Positions 29,489 to 40,069 of a stretch of 64,000 bases of DNA are shown here, piece by piece. Source of the stretch: Casimicrobiaceae bacterium (GTDB taxonomy: Bacteria; Pseudomonadota; Gammaproteobacteria; Burkholderiales; Casimicrobiaceae). The notes beneath the pieces are model-generated. The model did not search any database. It was given only the letters and a program-made list of their open reading frames with translations, and had not been told where the DNA came from. A program made the position numbers and the translations under genes. The DNA is taken from positions 34,846 to 98,845 of the forward strand of contig DATLNR010000134.1 of assembly GCA_035536655.1 (NCBI GenBank). Direction: 5' to 3'. Every line of letters begins with the position of its first letter. Within the stretch, counting starts at the first letter, position 1.

Positions 29489-31564
29489 TCAGAAAGGTGC
29501 TGAAGGCGAGTTGCGGTTTTCTATAAGAGCGCGAACGTTGCAGCGACTGTCGGTCAGATTCGCAGTGCCTCCCGCGCCTCCTCGTGTCATCTGCAAGCCG
29601 AAGCGAACGCGATCGCCGACGCCGACGTCGACGCTTCCCTGCACGCGCAGGTTGGCCCACTGCGTGCCGGCGGTCCGCCGCAGCTGTACGGTCGTGATCG
29701 GCGTCCAGGACACGCCACCGTCGAAGCTCGCGACAACTTCGGCACCGAACTCGGTTGGTGACGCTGCCTGGCCCATGAATACACCGGTGAGCGTCGCCCG
29801 TCGCGGATAGTTGTTGACGATCGTATCGGCGGTTTCGCACACGACTGCGCCGGTGCCGACGGTCAGTGCGCCGGGGGCTTGCTCGCGTGTCACCGGCAGC
29901 GGCGTCAGCGCCGTCCCCAGCCGGTTCATGAACGCGGCCATCTGGTTGCGCAGCACCGGATCGTTCGGGCAGTAGAGGTTGGTCGCGCAACCGATCGTCA
30001 CGCGGCGATTGCGCAGCCACGCGATGTTCGCGCAGAACACGTCGGACGGGTCGACATCGAGGAAGGCGGAGCAGGTATTCGAATACTCGAACGCGCCGAT
30101 GTCCGTCTGCGCGCCGAGAGTGCGCGAAAACCCTGCGCCCCGCTGATCGGTTTCCACCAACAGCGGATTGCTTCCCGTGTCGACTGCGGCGCTTGCCGGC
30201 GGCAGCGCATGCGTGCGTGAAAGACCGCTGTTGAAGGCCAACGATTGCAGCGCGGGGTCGACCCCGACCAGGTTCCCGCTGCCCGACAGCGTGATGTTGC
30301 ACGTCGCGCAGATCGACTCGACGAGCGCGTTGTTGCTCGTTGCCGTGAACGACGAGAGGTTCGTTGACGTCGCGAGATCGAACGTCGAGCCCGCGCTGTC
30401 CGCGAGGACCGTGGACGCAAGCGTCAGCGTCGGCACGGCCGTGTTGCTGCCGGATGCCGGCGTCGTCGGTCCAGATGCGACGAGCACGCCGCCGGCTTGG
30501 CCGGCCGCCGCGGCGTTCACCGCAATCGTCGAGTTGTACAGGTTTGCCGCAACGTTGCCATACGCGTGCAGTCCTCCCGCCGTCGAGTCGGCGAGGTTGC
30601 GCGAGATCGTCGAGTTGATGATCGTGACCGGCGTGCGCTGGAACGACGCCTGGCGCGTCGGACTATCGTTCTGCACGGAAATGCCGCCGCCGACTTGCGC
30701 GGCATTGTCGGTGATCTCCGATCGCTCGATCATCACGGCCAGCGCGGTCAGATCGAGTGCGCCGCCGCGATAGCTGTTTCCGCTGATCGCCGGCACCGGC
30801 ACATCGACATGATTCGCGACGAAGCGCGCTTCGACCAGTCGCACATCGGGCGCCGACGTCGTCGCGATCGCACCACCGAATCCGGACGTCGTCGTGGGCT
30901 GCACGCGATTGCCGGTGAACAGGCTATTGCCGATCGCGACCGACGCATTGACCGTCGCGGCGCCGCCACACTGCTCGCCAACGAAGATCGCTCCGCCGGC
31001 GACGTCGGCGGTCACCGGGACCAGCGGCCGCGCGCGGTTGTCGATGAACAGCGCATTGCGGATCAGCAGCGCCTGGCCGGCGTCGCGCATCTGGAACGAC
31101 ACGCCGCCGCCGCTTCGCGCGGTGCTGTTCCGGATCGTAACGCCATCGAGCACGAGGCTCTTGTTGGTCCAGATCGCCCCGCCGGTGTTGCCGCTCGTCT
31201 CTCTGCCGTTCGCAAGCGTCAACCCGGAAAGCGTCACCGCGTAGCTCGGCGTCGTCGCCGGACAACCAGGATCGTCGGTGATGAAGAAGATGCGGTCATT
31301 CGCGTTGCCGTCGATCGTGAGACTCGCCGTTCCCGGCCCCGAGATCGTCAACGGTCCGCTGATTGCAAGCGCCCCGGTCGTCAGTACGATCGTACCGCTG
31401 ACCGTGAAGTTGATCGTGTCCGCACCCGCAGCGGCGTTCGCTTGGGCGACGGCGCTACGCAGACTGCCTGCGCCACTGTCATTCAGGTTGGTAACGGTGA
31501 ACGTCGCGCCGAGCGCGGACGTCGACATCACCAACACCGGTGCAATCCACAGAAACGGCTTCAA
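29489..31564 (-). CDS. Secreted beta-helix / choice-of-anchor-Q-like surface protein with C-terminal SLH-like module (691 aa)
   Basis: TTG start with GGGAG RBS and signal peptide; TFTVTNLNDSGAGSLR N-terminus; GGAI/GGGV repeats; DPALQSLAFN...TDQRG...DIGAFE; C-terminal ~200 aa homologous to the downstream gene. Confidence 0.85.
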   Translation of the reverse strand: MKPFLWIAPVLVMSTSALGATFTVTNLNDSGAGSLRSAVAQANAAAGADTINFTVSGTIVLTTGALAISGPLTISGPGTASLTIDGNANDRIFFITDDPGCPATTPSYAVTLSGLTLANGRETSGNTGGAIWTNKSLVLDGVTIRNSTARSGGGVSFQMRDAGQALLIRNALFIDNRARPLVPVTADVAGGAIFVGEQCGGAATVNASVAIGNSLFTGNRVQPTTTSGFGGAIATTSAPDVRLVEARFVANHVDVPVPAISGNSYRGGALDLTALAVMIERSEITDNAAQVGGGISVQNDSPTRQASFQRTPVTIINSTISRNLADSTAGGLHAYGNVAANLYNSTIAVNAAAAGQAGGVLVASGPTTPASGSNTAVPTLTLASTVLADSAGSTFDLATSTNLSSFTATSNNALVESICATCNITLSGSGNLVGVDPALQSLAFNSGLSRTHALPPASAAVDTGSNPLLVETDQRGAGFSRTLGAQTDIGAFEYSNTCSAFLDVDPSDVFCANIAWLRNRRVTIGCATNLYCPNDPVLRNQMAAFMNRLGTALTPLPVTREQAPGALTVGTGAVVCETADTIVNNYPRRATLTGVFMGQAASPTEFGAEVVASFDGGVSWTPITTVQLRRTAGTQWANLRVQGSVDVGVGDRVRFGLQMTRGGAGGTANLTDSRCNVRALIENRNSPSAPF

Positions 31565-31743
31565 GTCTCGATCTCCCGTGTGGCTCGACGCGACTTCGCC
31601 CAATCGATGCAGCGCGATGCTACAACGCGGATCGGGCCGGAAAAGACGACAGTTTCTACGTTTCGACCGTAGGAAAAGTTGCGCTCGTGCGTAATCCGAC
31701 AAACCGTAGCAGACACCCGGCATGTCGTTGCGCGGCGACGAGT

Positions 31744-31774
31744 AAAAAAAGACGACGCCCGCAGGCGCCGTCTT
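31744..31774 (-). terminator. Intrinsic terminator after clpA
   Basis: Minus strand AAGACGGCGCC-TGC-GGGCGTCGTC-TTTTTTT. Confidence 0.75.
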
Positions 31775-31795
31775 CAACAAGAAAGACGACAGACT

Positions 31796-34084
31796 TTACG
31801 CAGGCTCTGCCTCGGCCGGCGCTTCCGGCGCGGCGGGCGCTTCCTCATGGAACACCAGCTTGACGGTGTTGTCGTCGTCGAGGTCGATCGTCACCTTTCC
31901 GCCATTCACCAGGCGACCAAACAGCAGTTCCTCGGCCAGCGCCTTGCGGATCATGTCCTGGATCAGACGGGCCATCGGCCGCGCGCCCATCTGCGGATCG
32001 AAGCCCTTCTTTGCCAGCAGCGACTTCAGTATGGCGGTGAACGTGGGCTCGACCTTCTTCTCCTGCAGCTGCGCTTCGAGCTCGAGCAGGAACTTGTCAA
32101 CGACCTTCAGGATAACCTCGTGATCGAGTGATGCGAAGCTGACGGTGGCGTCGAGCCGGTTGCGAAACTCCGGCGTGAAGAGTCGCTTGATCTCGGCCAT
32201 CTCGTCACCCGGCTGCTTCTCGGTCGAGAAACCGATCGTGCCCTTCGCGAGGTCGGCCGCGCCCGCGTTCGTCGTCATGATGATCGTGACGTTGCGAAAG
32301 TCGGCCTTGCGCCCGTTGTTGTCGGTCAACGTTCCGTGGTCCATCACCTGCAGCAGAATGTTGAAGATGTCCGGATGCGCCTTCTCGATTTCGTCGAGCA
32401 GGAGCACGCTGTACGGATGCTTGGTGATCGATTCGGTCAGCTGACCGCCCTGGTCGAAACCGACGTAGCCCGGCGGCGCCCCGATCAAACGTGAGACCGC
32501 GTGCCGCTCCATGTACTCGGACATGTCGAAGCGGATCAGCTCCACGCCGAGGCAGTACGCGAGCTGCCGCGCGACCTCGGTCTTGCCAACGCCCGTCGGT
32601 CCGCTGAACAGGAAGTTGCCGATCGGCTTCTGCGGATTGCCGAGGCCCGAACGGGCCATGCGAATCGCCGACACGAGCGCGTCGATCGCCTTGGCCTGGC
32701 CGAACACGACGTTCTTCAGATCGCGGTCGAGCGTCTTCAGCGCATTGCGATCGTCGGACGATACGTTTTTCGCCGGTATGCGCGCGATCTTTGCGACGAT
32801 CTCCTCGACCTCGAGCTTGCCGATGATCTTCTTCTGCTTCGACTTGGGCAGAATCTTCTGCGCGGCGCCCGCTTCGTCGATGACATCGATCGCCTTGTCC
32901 GGCAGATGGCGATCGTTGATGAAGCGCGCGGAGAGTTCCGCCGCGCTGGTCAGCGCCGCCGGCGCGTACTTGACGCCATGGTGCTGTTCGAAACGCGACT
33001 TCAGTCCCTTGAGGATCTCGATCGTCTCGACGACCGAAGGCTCGGGCACATCGACCTTCTGGAAGCGCCGCGACAGCGCATGATCCTTCTCGAAGATCTG
33101 GCGAAACTCGGCGTAAGTCGTCGCACCGATGCATTTCAGCGCGCCGGTCGAAAGCGCGGGCTTCAACAGATTGGACGCGTCGAGCGTGCCGCCGGAGGCC
33201 GCCCCGGCGCCGATGATCGTATGGATCTCGTCGATGAACAGGATCGAGCGCGGGTTCTCGCTCAGTTGCTTCAGCACCGCCTTCAATCGCTGCTCGAAAT
33301 CGCCGCGATACTTGGTGCCGGCGAGCAGCGCGCCCATGTCGAGCGAGAAAACCTGAAACTCCTTCAAGAGCTCCGGGACGTCGCCCTCGTTGATGCGACG
33401 TGCGAGCCCTTCGGCGATCGCCGTCTTGCCCACACCAGCCTCGCCCACCAGCAGCGGGTTGTTCTTGCGACGGCGGCAGAGCACCTGAACGACGCGCTCG
33501 AGTTCGTGCTCGCGGCCGATCAGCGGATCGATCTTGCCGTTCTTCGCCATGTGGTTCAGGTTGACCGTGTACGCGTCGAGCGCGCCTTGCGACTCGCTGC
33601 CGCCTTCGCCTTCTTCCTTGCCGCTATCACCCTTCTCCTGCTTCGCCTGCGGGGTCTTGGTGATGCCGTGCGCGATGTAGTTGACGACGTCGAGCCGCGT
33701 GACGCCACGCTGATTCAGGAAATAGACGGCGTGCGATTCTTTCTCGCCGAAGATGGCGACCAGCACGTTCGCGCCGGTGACTTCCTTCTTGCCGGACGAC
33801 TGAACGTGAAGGATCGCGCGCTGGATCACGCGCTGAAAGCCCTGCGTCGGCTGCGTGTCGGCGTCGGAATGCTGCGGAAGCCGCGGCGTGTGCTCGTTGA
33901 TGAAATCGGTAAGGACACCGCGTAGCTCCTCGAGGTCGACGCCGCAGGCCTTCAAGACCTCGGCGGCCGAAGGGTTGTCGAGCATCGCCAGCAACAGGTG
34001 CTCGACGGTGATGAACTCGTGCTGCTTTTGCCGAGCCTCGACGAACGCCATGTGGAGGGAGACTTCCAGTTCCTGCGCAATCAT
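31796..34084 (-). CDS. clpA: ATP-dependent Clp protease ATP-binding subunit ClpA
   Basis: [30 protein letters not shown] and GPTGVGKT Walker A motifs; follows clpS. Confidence 0.98.
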   Translation of the reverse strand: MIAQELEVSLHMAFVEARQKQHEFITVEHLLLAMLDNPSAAEVLKACGVDLEELRGVLTDFINEHTPRLPQHSDADTQPTQGFQRVIQRAILHVQSSGKKEVTGANVLVAIFGEKESHAVYFLNQRGVTRLDVVNYIAHGITKTPQAKQEKGDSGKEEGEGGSESQGALDAYTVNLNHMAKNGKIDPLIGREHELERVVQVLCRRRKNNPLLVGEAGVGKTAIAEGLARRINEGDVPELLKEFQVFSLDMGALLAGTKYRGDFEQRLKAVLKQLSENPRSILFIDEIHTIIGAGAASGGTLDASNLLKPALSTGALKCIGATTYAEFRQIFEKDHALSRRFQKVDVPEPSVVETIEILKGLKSRFEQHHGVKYAPAALTSAAELSARFINDRHLPDKAIDVIDEAGAAQKILPKSKQKKIIGKLEVEEIVAKIARIPAKNVSSDDRNALKTLDRDLKNVVFGQAKAIDALVSAIRMARSGLGNPQKPIGNFLFSGPTGVGKTEVARQLAYCLGVELIRFDMSEYMERHAVSRLIGAPPGYVGFDQGGQLTESITKHPYSVLLLDEIEKAHPDIFNILLQVMDHGTLTDNNGRKADFRNVTIIMTTNAGAADLAKGTIGFSTEKQPGDEMAEIKRLFTPEFRNRLDATVSFASLDHEVILKVVDKFLLELEAQLQEKKVEPTFTAILKSLLAKKGFDPQMGARPMARLIQDMIRKALAEELLFGRLVNGGKVTIDLDDDNTVKLVFHEEAPAAPEAPAEAEPA

Positions 34085-34139
34085 CTTTCTCACCCGTGTC
34101 GCTTAGGTCGCGGCGACCCCGCCGTCGATCCCCTAACGC

Positions 34140-34448
34140 TCAAGTCTCCTCCATCGTGCACTGCAATGGATGCTGGTGCTTGCGCGCAATGCCCAGCACC
34201 TGGTCCACTTTCGACGCCGCCACTTCCCGCGTGAAGGTTCCGCAGACGCCCATGCCCTCGCGATGGACCTGCAGCATCACGCGCGTTGCCTTCTCTCGCG
34301 TCATCGCGAACACAGTCTGCAATACGACGACGACAAAGTCCATCGGAGTGTAGTCGTCGTTCAACAGCAGCACTTTGTATAAAGGAGGCGGTTTTTGCTT
34401 GGTTTTATCGGCCTCGAGGACCTCGCCGCGCTGCTCGTGCACCGCCAT
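34140..34448 (-). CDS. clpS: Clp protease adaptor ClpS
   Basis: [26 protein letters not shown]. Confidence 0.97.
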   Translation of the reverse strand: MAVHEQRGEVLEADKTKQKPPPLYKVLLLNDDYTPMDFVVVVLQTVFAMTREKATRVMLQVHREGMGVCGTFTREVAASKVDQVLGIARKHQHPLQCTMEET

Positions 34449-34543
34449 ACGGGGAAAACACCGGAAACGACACGTAGATAGGGGGTATGTTTGATGATTG
34501 CAACAGTTTTATCAAGGGCAAATACCCTTCCTCCGGCGCGGGC

Positions 34544-34573
34544 TTGACTCGGGGCGGAAATTGCGCGTACAAC
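34544..34573 (+). promoter_or_regulatory. Putative sigma70 promoter of the cold-shock gene
   Basis: TTGACT-18 nt-TACAAC, implying a long (~140 nt) 5' UTR as is common for csp genes. Confidence 0.4.
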
Positions 34574-34716
34574 GGGGCCGTTTGGCAGAGGGGAGCTATC
34601 GAACTCGGTTTGCCGCGTTTCGCTTGTCGCGCCTGCCGCCGCGCGACTGCCGCCATGCTTGCCGCCTTAGCTTGATCCTCGCGAACGCCTCTTTATCTCT
34701 GTAAGGAACAAGCTGT

Positions 34717-34920
34717 ATGGCAACCGGAACCGTCAAGTGGTTCAACGACGCGAAGGGGTACGGGTTCATCACGCCGGACGACGGGGGCGAGGACCTGTTC
34801 GCGCACTTCTCGGCGATCCAGATGCAGGGGTTCAAGAGCCTGAAGGAAGGACAGAAGGTCAGTTTCGAGGTGACCCAGGGGCCGAAAGGAAAGCAGGCGA
34901 GCAACATTCAGTCCGCCTGA
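34717..34920 (+). CDS. Cold-shock domain protein (CspA/CspD family)
   Basis: [12 protein letters not shown] (RNP1), DLFAHFSAI (RNP2); divergent from clpS, as at the cspD locus. Confidence 0.97.
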   Translation: MATGTVKWFNDAKGYGFITPDDGGEDLFAHFSAIQMQGFKSLKEGQKVSFEVTQGPKGKQASNIQSA

Positions 34921-34963
34921 ACGTTGAGGGAGCGCGCCGCCGAAAGTCGGCGCCTTGCTATCG

Positions 34964-34988
34964 AAAGCCCGCGCGAGCGGGCTTTTTT
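34964..34988 (+). terminator. Intrinsic terminator after csp (possibly bidirectional)
   Basis: AAAGCCCGC-GCGA-GCGGGCTTTTTT. Confidence 0.85.
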
Positions 34989-35114
34989 CTTGACGCAATC
35001 GTGCGGGCGCCGGCCTGCTGCAGAACGCGTCTTATCAGCCGGCGCCGCGATGCGCTGTCGCGATGTTCCCTTCGTACGTTGCTGATCCGGGGAACGTCCG
35101 ATCGACGATGAAAC

Positions 35115-36374
35115 TCACATTCGCTCGATCATCGCCTTGCCGAATCCCGAGCACGAGACCTGTTTCGCGCCGGACATCAGGCGTGCGAAGTCGTAGGTGA
35201 CGACCTTGTCGCCGATCGCCTTCTGCAACGAATCGACGATGAGCTTCGCCGGCTCGCGCCAGCCCATGTGGATCAGCATCATCTCCGCCGACAGGATCTC
35301 CGAACCCGGATTGACATAGTCCTTGCCGGCGTACTTCGGTGCCGTGCCGTGCGTCGCTTCGAACATCGCGACCGAGTCGGACATGTTGGCCCCGGGTGCG
35401 ATGCCGATGCCGCCGACCTGCGCTGCGAGCGCGTCGCTGATGTAGTCGCCGTTCAGGTTGAGAGTTGCGATGACGTCGTACTCGGCGGGCCGCAGCAGGA
35501 TCTGTTGCAGGAAGGCGTCGGCGATCGCGTCCTTGACGACAATATCGCGGCCGCTCTTCGGGCTCTTCAGCGTCATCCACGGACCGCCGTCCAAAGGCTT
35601 GGCGCCGAACTCGCGTTCGGCGAGCGCATAGCCCCAGTCGCGGAAAGCCCCCTCGGTAAACTTCATGATGTTGCCTTTGTGCACGAGCGTCACCGACTTG
35701 CGGTCGTTTGCGATCGCGTAGTCGAACGCCTTGCGCACGAGTCGCTCGGTGCCTTCGCGCGACACGGGCTTGACGCCGATACCCGACGTTGCCGGAAAGC
35801 GCACTTTGCGCACGCCCATCTCGCGCGTCAGGAAATCGATCAGCTTCCGCGCGCCGTCGCTTTCCGCCGGCCATTCGATGCCCGCGTAGATGTCTTCGCT
35901 GTTCTCGCGAAAGATCACCATATCGACCTTCTCCGGCTCGCGTACCGGCGAGGGCACGCCGGCGAAGTAGCGCACCGGCCGCAGGCAGACGTACAGGTCG
36001 AGCTCCTGACGCAGCGCGACGTTGAGCGAGCGAATGCCGCCGCCGACCGGCGTCGTCAACGGACCCTTGATCGACACGACGTACTCGCGCAGCGCCGCCA
36101 TCGTTTCTTCCGGCAGCCAGACATCGGGACCATAAAGCCGCGTCGACTTCTCGCCCGCGTAAATCTCCATCCAGTGAATCTTGCGCTTGCCGCCATAAGC
36201 CTTCGCGACCGCCGCGTTGACGACGTCGATCATCACCGGCGTGATGTCGACGCCGGTGCCGTCACCCTCGATGTACGGGATGATCGGCTGATCGGAAACG
36301 TTCAGCGTGAAGTCGGAATTGACCGTGATCTTGCTGCCGCCGGACGGGACTTTGATGTGTCGGGTGCTGGACAT
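35115..36374 (-). CDS. icd: NADP-dependent isocitrate dehydrogenase
   Basis: [48 protein letters not shown]. Confidence 0.98.
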   Translation of the reverse strand: MSSTRHIKVPSGGSKITVNSDFTLNVSDQPIIPYIEGDGTGVDITPVMIDVVNAAVAKAYGGKRKIHWMEIYAGEKSTRLYGPDVWLPEETMAALREYVVSIKGPLTTPVGGGIRSLNVALRQELDLYVCLRPVRYFAGVPSPVREPEKVDMVIFRENSEDIYAGIEWPAESDGARKLIDFLTREMGVRKVRFPATSGIGVKPVSREGTERLVRKAFDYAIANDRKSVTLVHKGNIMKFTEGAFRDWGYALAEREFGAKPLDGGPWMTLKSPKSGRDIVVKDAIADAFLQQILLRPAEYDVIATLNLNGDYISDALAAQVGGIGIAPGANMSDSVAMFEATHGTAPKYAGKDYVNPGSEILSAEMMLIHMGWREPAKLIVDSLQKAIGDKVVTYDFARLMSGAKQVSCSGFGKAMIERM

Positions 36375-36460
36375 TGGGAATCTCTCGACGACGGGTCGAC
36401 ATTATGACGATTGGTGCTTCCCTCCATGCTACTATCCGCCGCCCTGCAGAACCGCCCCCG

Positions 36461-37843
36461 ATGATTCGCAACTTGCTCGCCCGCTTCCTTCCGGGATTGC
36501 GGGGCAACGAGCCGCGCGTCTATTCGAGCGACAAGCATCCGGTGCGTGCCGCGCAAACGAGCGCGGGAGCGCGCATGGTGACGCGCAAGCTGCAGGAAGC
36601 GGGCTTCAAGGCGTTTGTTGTCGGGGGCGCGGTGCGCGACCTGATGCTCGGCATCGAGCCGAAGGACTTCGACATCGCGACCGATGCGCATCCGGAGGCG
36701 GTCAAGCCGCTGTTTCGCCGCGCATACATCATCGGCCGCCGTTTCCGCCTTGTGCACGTCCACGTCGGCAACGAAGTCATCGAAGTGTCGACGTTTCGCG
36801 GCTCGCAAAGCGGCACCGATGCCACCGACGAGCACGGCCGGTTGATCTCCGACAACGTCTACGGCTCCCAGGCCGAGGATGCGGCCCGCCGCGATTTCAC
36901 GATCAATGCGCTGTACTTCGATCCGTCGACGGAGGCGATCTGGGACTACGTCGGCGGTGTCAACGACGTGCGGGCCAGGCGGCTCAAGCTGATCGGGCCT
37001 CCGGTGACGCGGTTCCGCGAGGATCCGGTGCGAATGCTTCGCGCGATCCGGCTTGCAGCGAAGCTCGAGCTCGCCATCGAACCGAAAACCGCTGCGCCGA
37101 TTGCCCGGCTTGCGGAGCTGATCGGCAACGTTCCGGCCGCGCGTCTGTTCGACGAAATGCAGAAGCTCTTGATGTCGGGACATGCGACGGAAGCGCTGCG
37201 CAGCTTGCGCGAGTACGGGCTGCACCATGGCCTTCTGCCGATGATCGACGTGATCCTCGAGCAACCCGGCGGACAGCGTTTCATCGAAGCGGCCCTGACG
37301 AACACCGACGCCCGCGTGCGCGAGGACAAGGGCGTATCGCCTGCGTTCCTGTTCGCGACGCTGCTCTGGCACGAAGTGCTCGCGCGCTGGACCAGCGCCA
37401 AGGAACGCGGCGCTCGGCCGCTGCCCGCATTGTTCGATGCAATGGACGACGTCCTTGCGAGCCAGGCGAAGGAGCTCGCGATTCCGCGGCGTTTCGAGGC
37501 GGCGATCAAGGAGATCTGGATCCTGCAACCGCGCTTCGAGCAACGTGCAGGACAGCGACCGGTCCGGCTGCTCGAGCATCCGCGCTTTCGTGCCGCTTAC
37601 GATTTCCTGATGCTGCGCGCGCAGGCCGGCGAAGTCGCGGCGGACATCGCGCAATGGTGGACGCGGTTCGAGGCGGCCGACGTGGCCGAGCGCGAGGCGA
37701 TGCTCAAACCCGACGAAGCGCCGAAGAAGCGTCGGCGATCGCGCCCGCGCGGACGCAAACGGCGTGACGGCGAGCTGTCGGCCGAAACGTCGGGCGCCGC
37801 CACCGAATCACCGACGACAGAACGCGACGATCCGCAGGCGTGA
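36461..37843 (+). CDS. pcnB: Poly(A) polymerase I
   Basis: VGGAVRDL, PKDFDIAT, IIGRRFRLVHV, RRDFTINAL, EDPVRMLR, HPRFRAAYDFL. Start trimmed. Confidence 0.96.
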   Translation: MIRNLLARFLPGLRGNEPRVYSSDKHPVRAAQTSAGARMVTRKLQEAGFKAFVVGGAVRDLMLGIEPKDFDIATDAHPEAVKPLFRRAYIIGRRFRLVHVHVGNEVIEVSTFRGSQSGTDATDEHGRLISDNVYGSQAEDAARRDFTINALYFDPSTEAIWDYVGGVNDVRARRLKLIGPPVTRFREDPVRMLRAIRLAAKLELAIEPKTAAPIARLAELIGNVPAARLFDEMQKLLMSGHATEALRSLREYGLHHGLLPMIDVILEQPGGQRFIEAALTNTDARVREDKGVSPAFLFATLLWHEVLARWTSAKERGARPLPALFDAMDDVLASQAKELAIPRRFEAAIKEIWILQPRFEQRAGQRPVRLLEHPRFRAAYDFLMLRAQAGEVAADIAQWWTRFEAADVAEREAMLKPDEAPKKRRRSRPRGRKRRDGELSAETSGAATESPTTERDDPQA

Positions 37844-37847
37844 AGCG

Positions 37848-38354
37848 ATGCGCATCGTGGTCGGGCTCGGCAGCAACCTCGATCGGCCGCACTGGCAACT
37901 CGCGCGTGCCGTGCGAGCACTGTCGCGGTTGCCCCGGACGCGTGTCGTCGGTCTTTCGCCCTTCTACCTCACGGCTCCGCAAGGCGGTACGCGCGCGCAA
38001 CCCGACTACGTCAACGCCGTCGCCGTGATCGAATCGAAGCTCGAGCCTCTGGCGCTCCTCGATCGGATGCATGCAATCGAGCGCAGGCAGCGGCGCGTGC
38101 GCGTCACGAACGAACGCAACGCGCCGCGCACGATCGACCTCGACCTGTTGCTCGCCGGTCGCCGGCGCTCGTCGGGCGGGCGCGTGGCGCTTCCGCATCC
38201 GCGAATGCAGCAGCGTGCGTTCGTGTTGCGTCCGTTGGTCGATGTGGCGCCGCATGTATCCGTGCCCGGACATGGCCTCGCGCGAAAGCTGTTGCGCGAC
38301 GTCGCATCGCAGCGCGCCGTGCGTATTCGCGAATCGCGTCCGGTGCGTCGGTAA
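37848..38354 (+). CDS. folK: 6-hydroxymethyl-7,8-dihydropterin pyrophosphokinase
   Basis: VGLGSNL, DYVNAV, PRTIDLDLL, LPHPRMQQRAFVL. Confidence 0.96.
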   Translation: MRIVVGLGSNLDRPHWQLARAVRALSRLPRTRVVGLSPFYLTAPQGGTRAQPDYVNAVAVIESKLEPLALLDRMHAIERRQRRVRVTNERNAPRTIDLDLLLAGRRRSSGGRVALPHPRMQQRAFVLRPLVDVAPHVSVPGHGLARKLLRDVASQRAVRIRESRPVRR

Positions 38355-38998
38355 TGGAAATCGTGAAGTGTCGCTACATCGTCGTCGAAGGGCCGATCGG
38401 CGCGGGGAAGACGACGCTCGCGCGGCAACTCGCGCATCATCTGCACGCGGACATGCTGCTCGAGCTTCCCGAGGAAAATCCGTTCCTCGCCCGCTTCTAC
38501 GACGACATGGCGCGCTACGCCCTGCCGGCGCAGCTCAACTTCCTGTTCCAGCGCGTCGACCAGCTGCGTAGTCTGGCGCAGCTCGACTTCTTCGCGCGGC
38601 CGACGGTCGCCGACTTTCTATTCGACAAGGATCCGCTGTTCGCGCGGATAACGCTCACGGACGACGAATTCGCGCTGTACGACAAGATCTTCCAGCACTT
38701 CAGGCCGCAAGTGCCTGTTCCGGACCTCGTCGTCTACCTCCAAGCGCCGGTCGACACGCTGGTCGAGCGCGTACACCGGCGCGGCGTCGAGTTCGAGCGG
38801 CAGATGCCGGCCAGCTATCTCGCCCGGCTGGCCGATGCCTACGCGCGCTATTTCTATCAGTATGATGCCGCGCCGCTGTTGATCGTGAACAGCGAGCGGT
38901 TGAATTTCGCCGACGACCGGGCGCACGTCGATCTGCTGCTCGAGCGCATCGCCGGCATGCGCAGCGGTCGCGAGTTCTTCAACCTCGGAAGAGCTTGA
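38354..38998 (+). CDS. Deoxynucleoside kinase
   Basis: IVVEGPIGAGKTT P-loop, ENPFL..FY, PDLVVYLQAP. Confidence 0.93.
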   Translation: MEIVKCRYIVVEGPIGAGKTTLARQLAHHLHADMLLELPEENPFLARFYDDMARYALPAQLNFLFQRVDQLRSLAQLDFFARPTVADFLFDKDPLFARITLTDDEFALYDKIFQHFRPQVPVPDLVVYLQAPVDTLVERVHRRGVEFERQMPASYLARLADAYARYFYQYDAAPLLIVNSERLNFADDRAHVDLLLERIAGMRSGREFFNLGRA

Positions 38999-39091
38999 GT
39001 TTCGGCAATGCGCGGCGAATCAGGATTGAACTGACGCGCGGACGCCGCCGGCGTCGCTTATCCTAAGACGTCAAGAAAATCGGAGGTCCCC

Positions 39092-40069
39092 GTGCAAAGA
39101 ATCCTGGCATGGCTCATCCGCGGCATCGCGCTGGCGGCATTGGCGACGGTCGCTTCTGCGCAGACGACGATGTCGTATCCGTCGAAGCCGATCCGCCTCA
39201 TCGTGCCGTTTCCGCCGGGCGCGGGAACCGACACAGTGGCGCGTTTCGTTGCGACGAAGCTCGGCGAATCGATGAACGCGACGATCGTTATCGACAACCG
39301 CACCGGGGCCGGCGGCGCAATCGGCGCCGCCGAAGCGTCGAAAGCCGACCCGGACGGCTATACGCTGCTTTTCGTCGCGTCGCCGTTCACCACCGTTGCC
39401 GCATCGACGAAAGCCCCGGGTTACGACCCGATCCGGAATTTCGTCCCGGTCGCGTCGATCGCCTCGGGCCCGCTCGCCTTCGTCGTCAACCCGACAGTGC
39501 CGGCCAGCACGATGCGCGAGTTCATTGCCTGGGCGCGGCAGAACCCCGGCAGGATCAACTACGGCTCCGCCGGACCGGGCAGCGTCAATCACCTGGCGCT
39601 GGAGCTCTTCATGGCAAGAACCGGCACCGAAATCGTCCATGTTCCGTATCGCGGCATCGCCGATGCCACGAAGGATCTTCTCGGCGGGCAGCTGCAGGCG
39701 ATGACGGCGTCGATTCCCGCAACGCTGCCGCAGCTTGCCGACAAGCGCGTGCGCGTCCTCGCCGTGACCGGCGACCGGCGCATTCCACAGATCCCCGACG
39801 CGCCGAGCTGGCAGGAAGAAGGCGTGACCGATGCGAACGTCATCAATTACTGGGGCGTCGTCGCACCGGCCGGCACGCCGGCCGAGATCGTGCGCAAGCT
39901 GAACAGCGAGATTCAGAAAGTGCTGGCGCAACCCGACGTGCGCGCGCGGCTCGAGCGCGAGGGCGCGGAGCTCGTCAGCGGACCGCCGGAGCGGCTGGGC
40001 ATCATCATCGAGCGCGACCTGACGAGCTGGCGCAAGTTGATCACCGAGGCGCGGATCGCGCTTCAGTGA
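39092..40069 (+). CDS. Tripartite tricarboxylate transporter solute receptor (Bug/TctC)
   Basis: YPSKPIRLIVPFPPGAGTD, NRTGAGG, NYGSAGPGS, HVPYRG. Confidence 0.93.
   Translation: MQRILAWLIRGIALAALATVASAQTTMSYPSKPIRLIVPFPPGAGTDTVARFVATKLGESMNATIVIDNRTGAGGAIGAAEASKADPDGYTLLFVASPFTTVAASTKAPGYDPIRNFVPVASIASGPLAFVVNPTVPASTMREFIAWARQNPGRINYGSAGPGSVNHLALELFMARTGTEIVHVPYRGIADATKDLLGGQLQAMTASIPATLPQLADKRVRVLAVTGDRRIPQIPDAPSWQEEGVTDANVINYWGVVAPAGTPAEIVRKLNSEIQKVLAQPDVRARLEREGAELVSGPPERLGIIIERDLTSWRKLITEARIALQ

Noticed and set aside
31565-31780. 72-aa N-terminal extension of the large surface protein
   Set aside because: It crosses the clpA terminator; a TTG with RBS and signal peptide at 31564 explains the gene.
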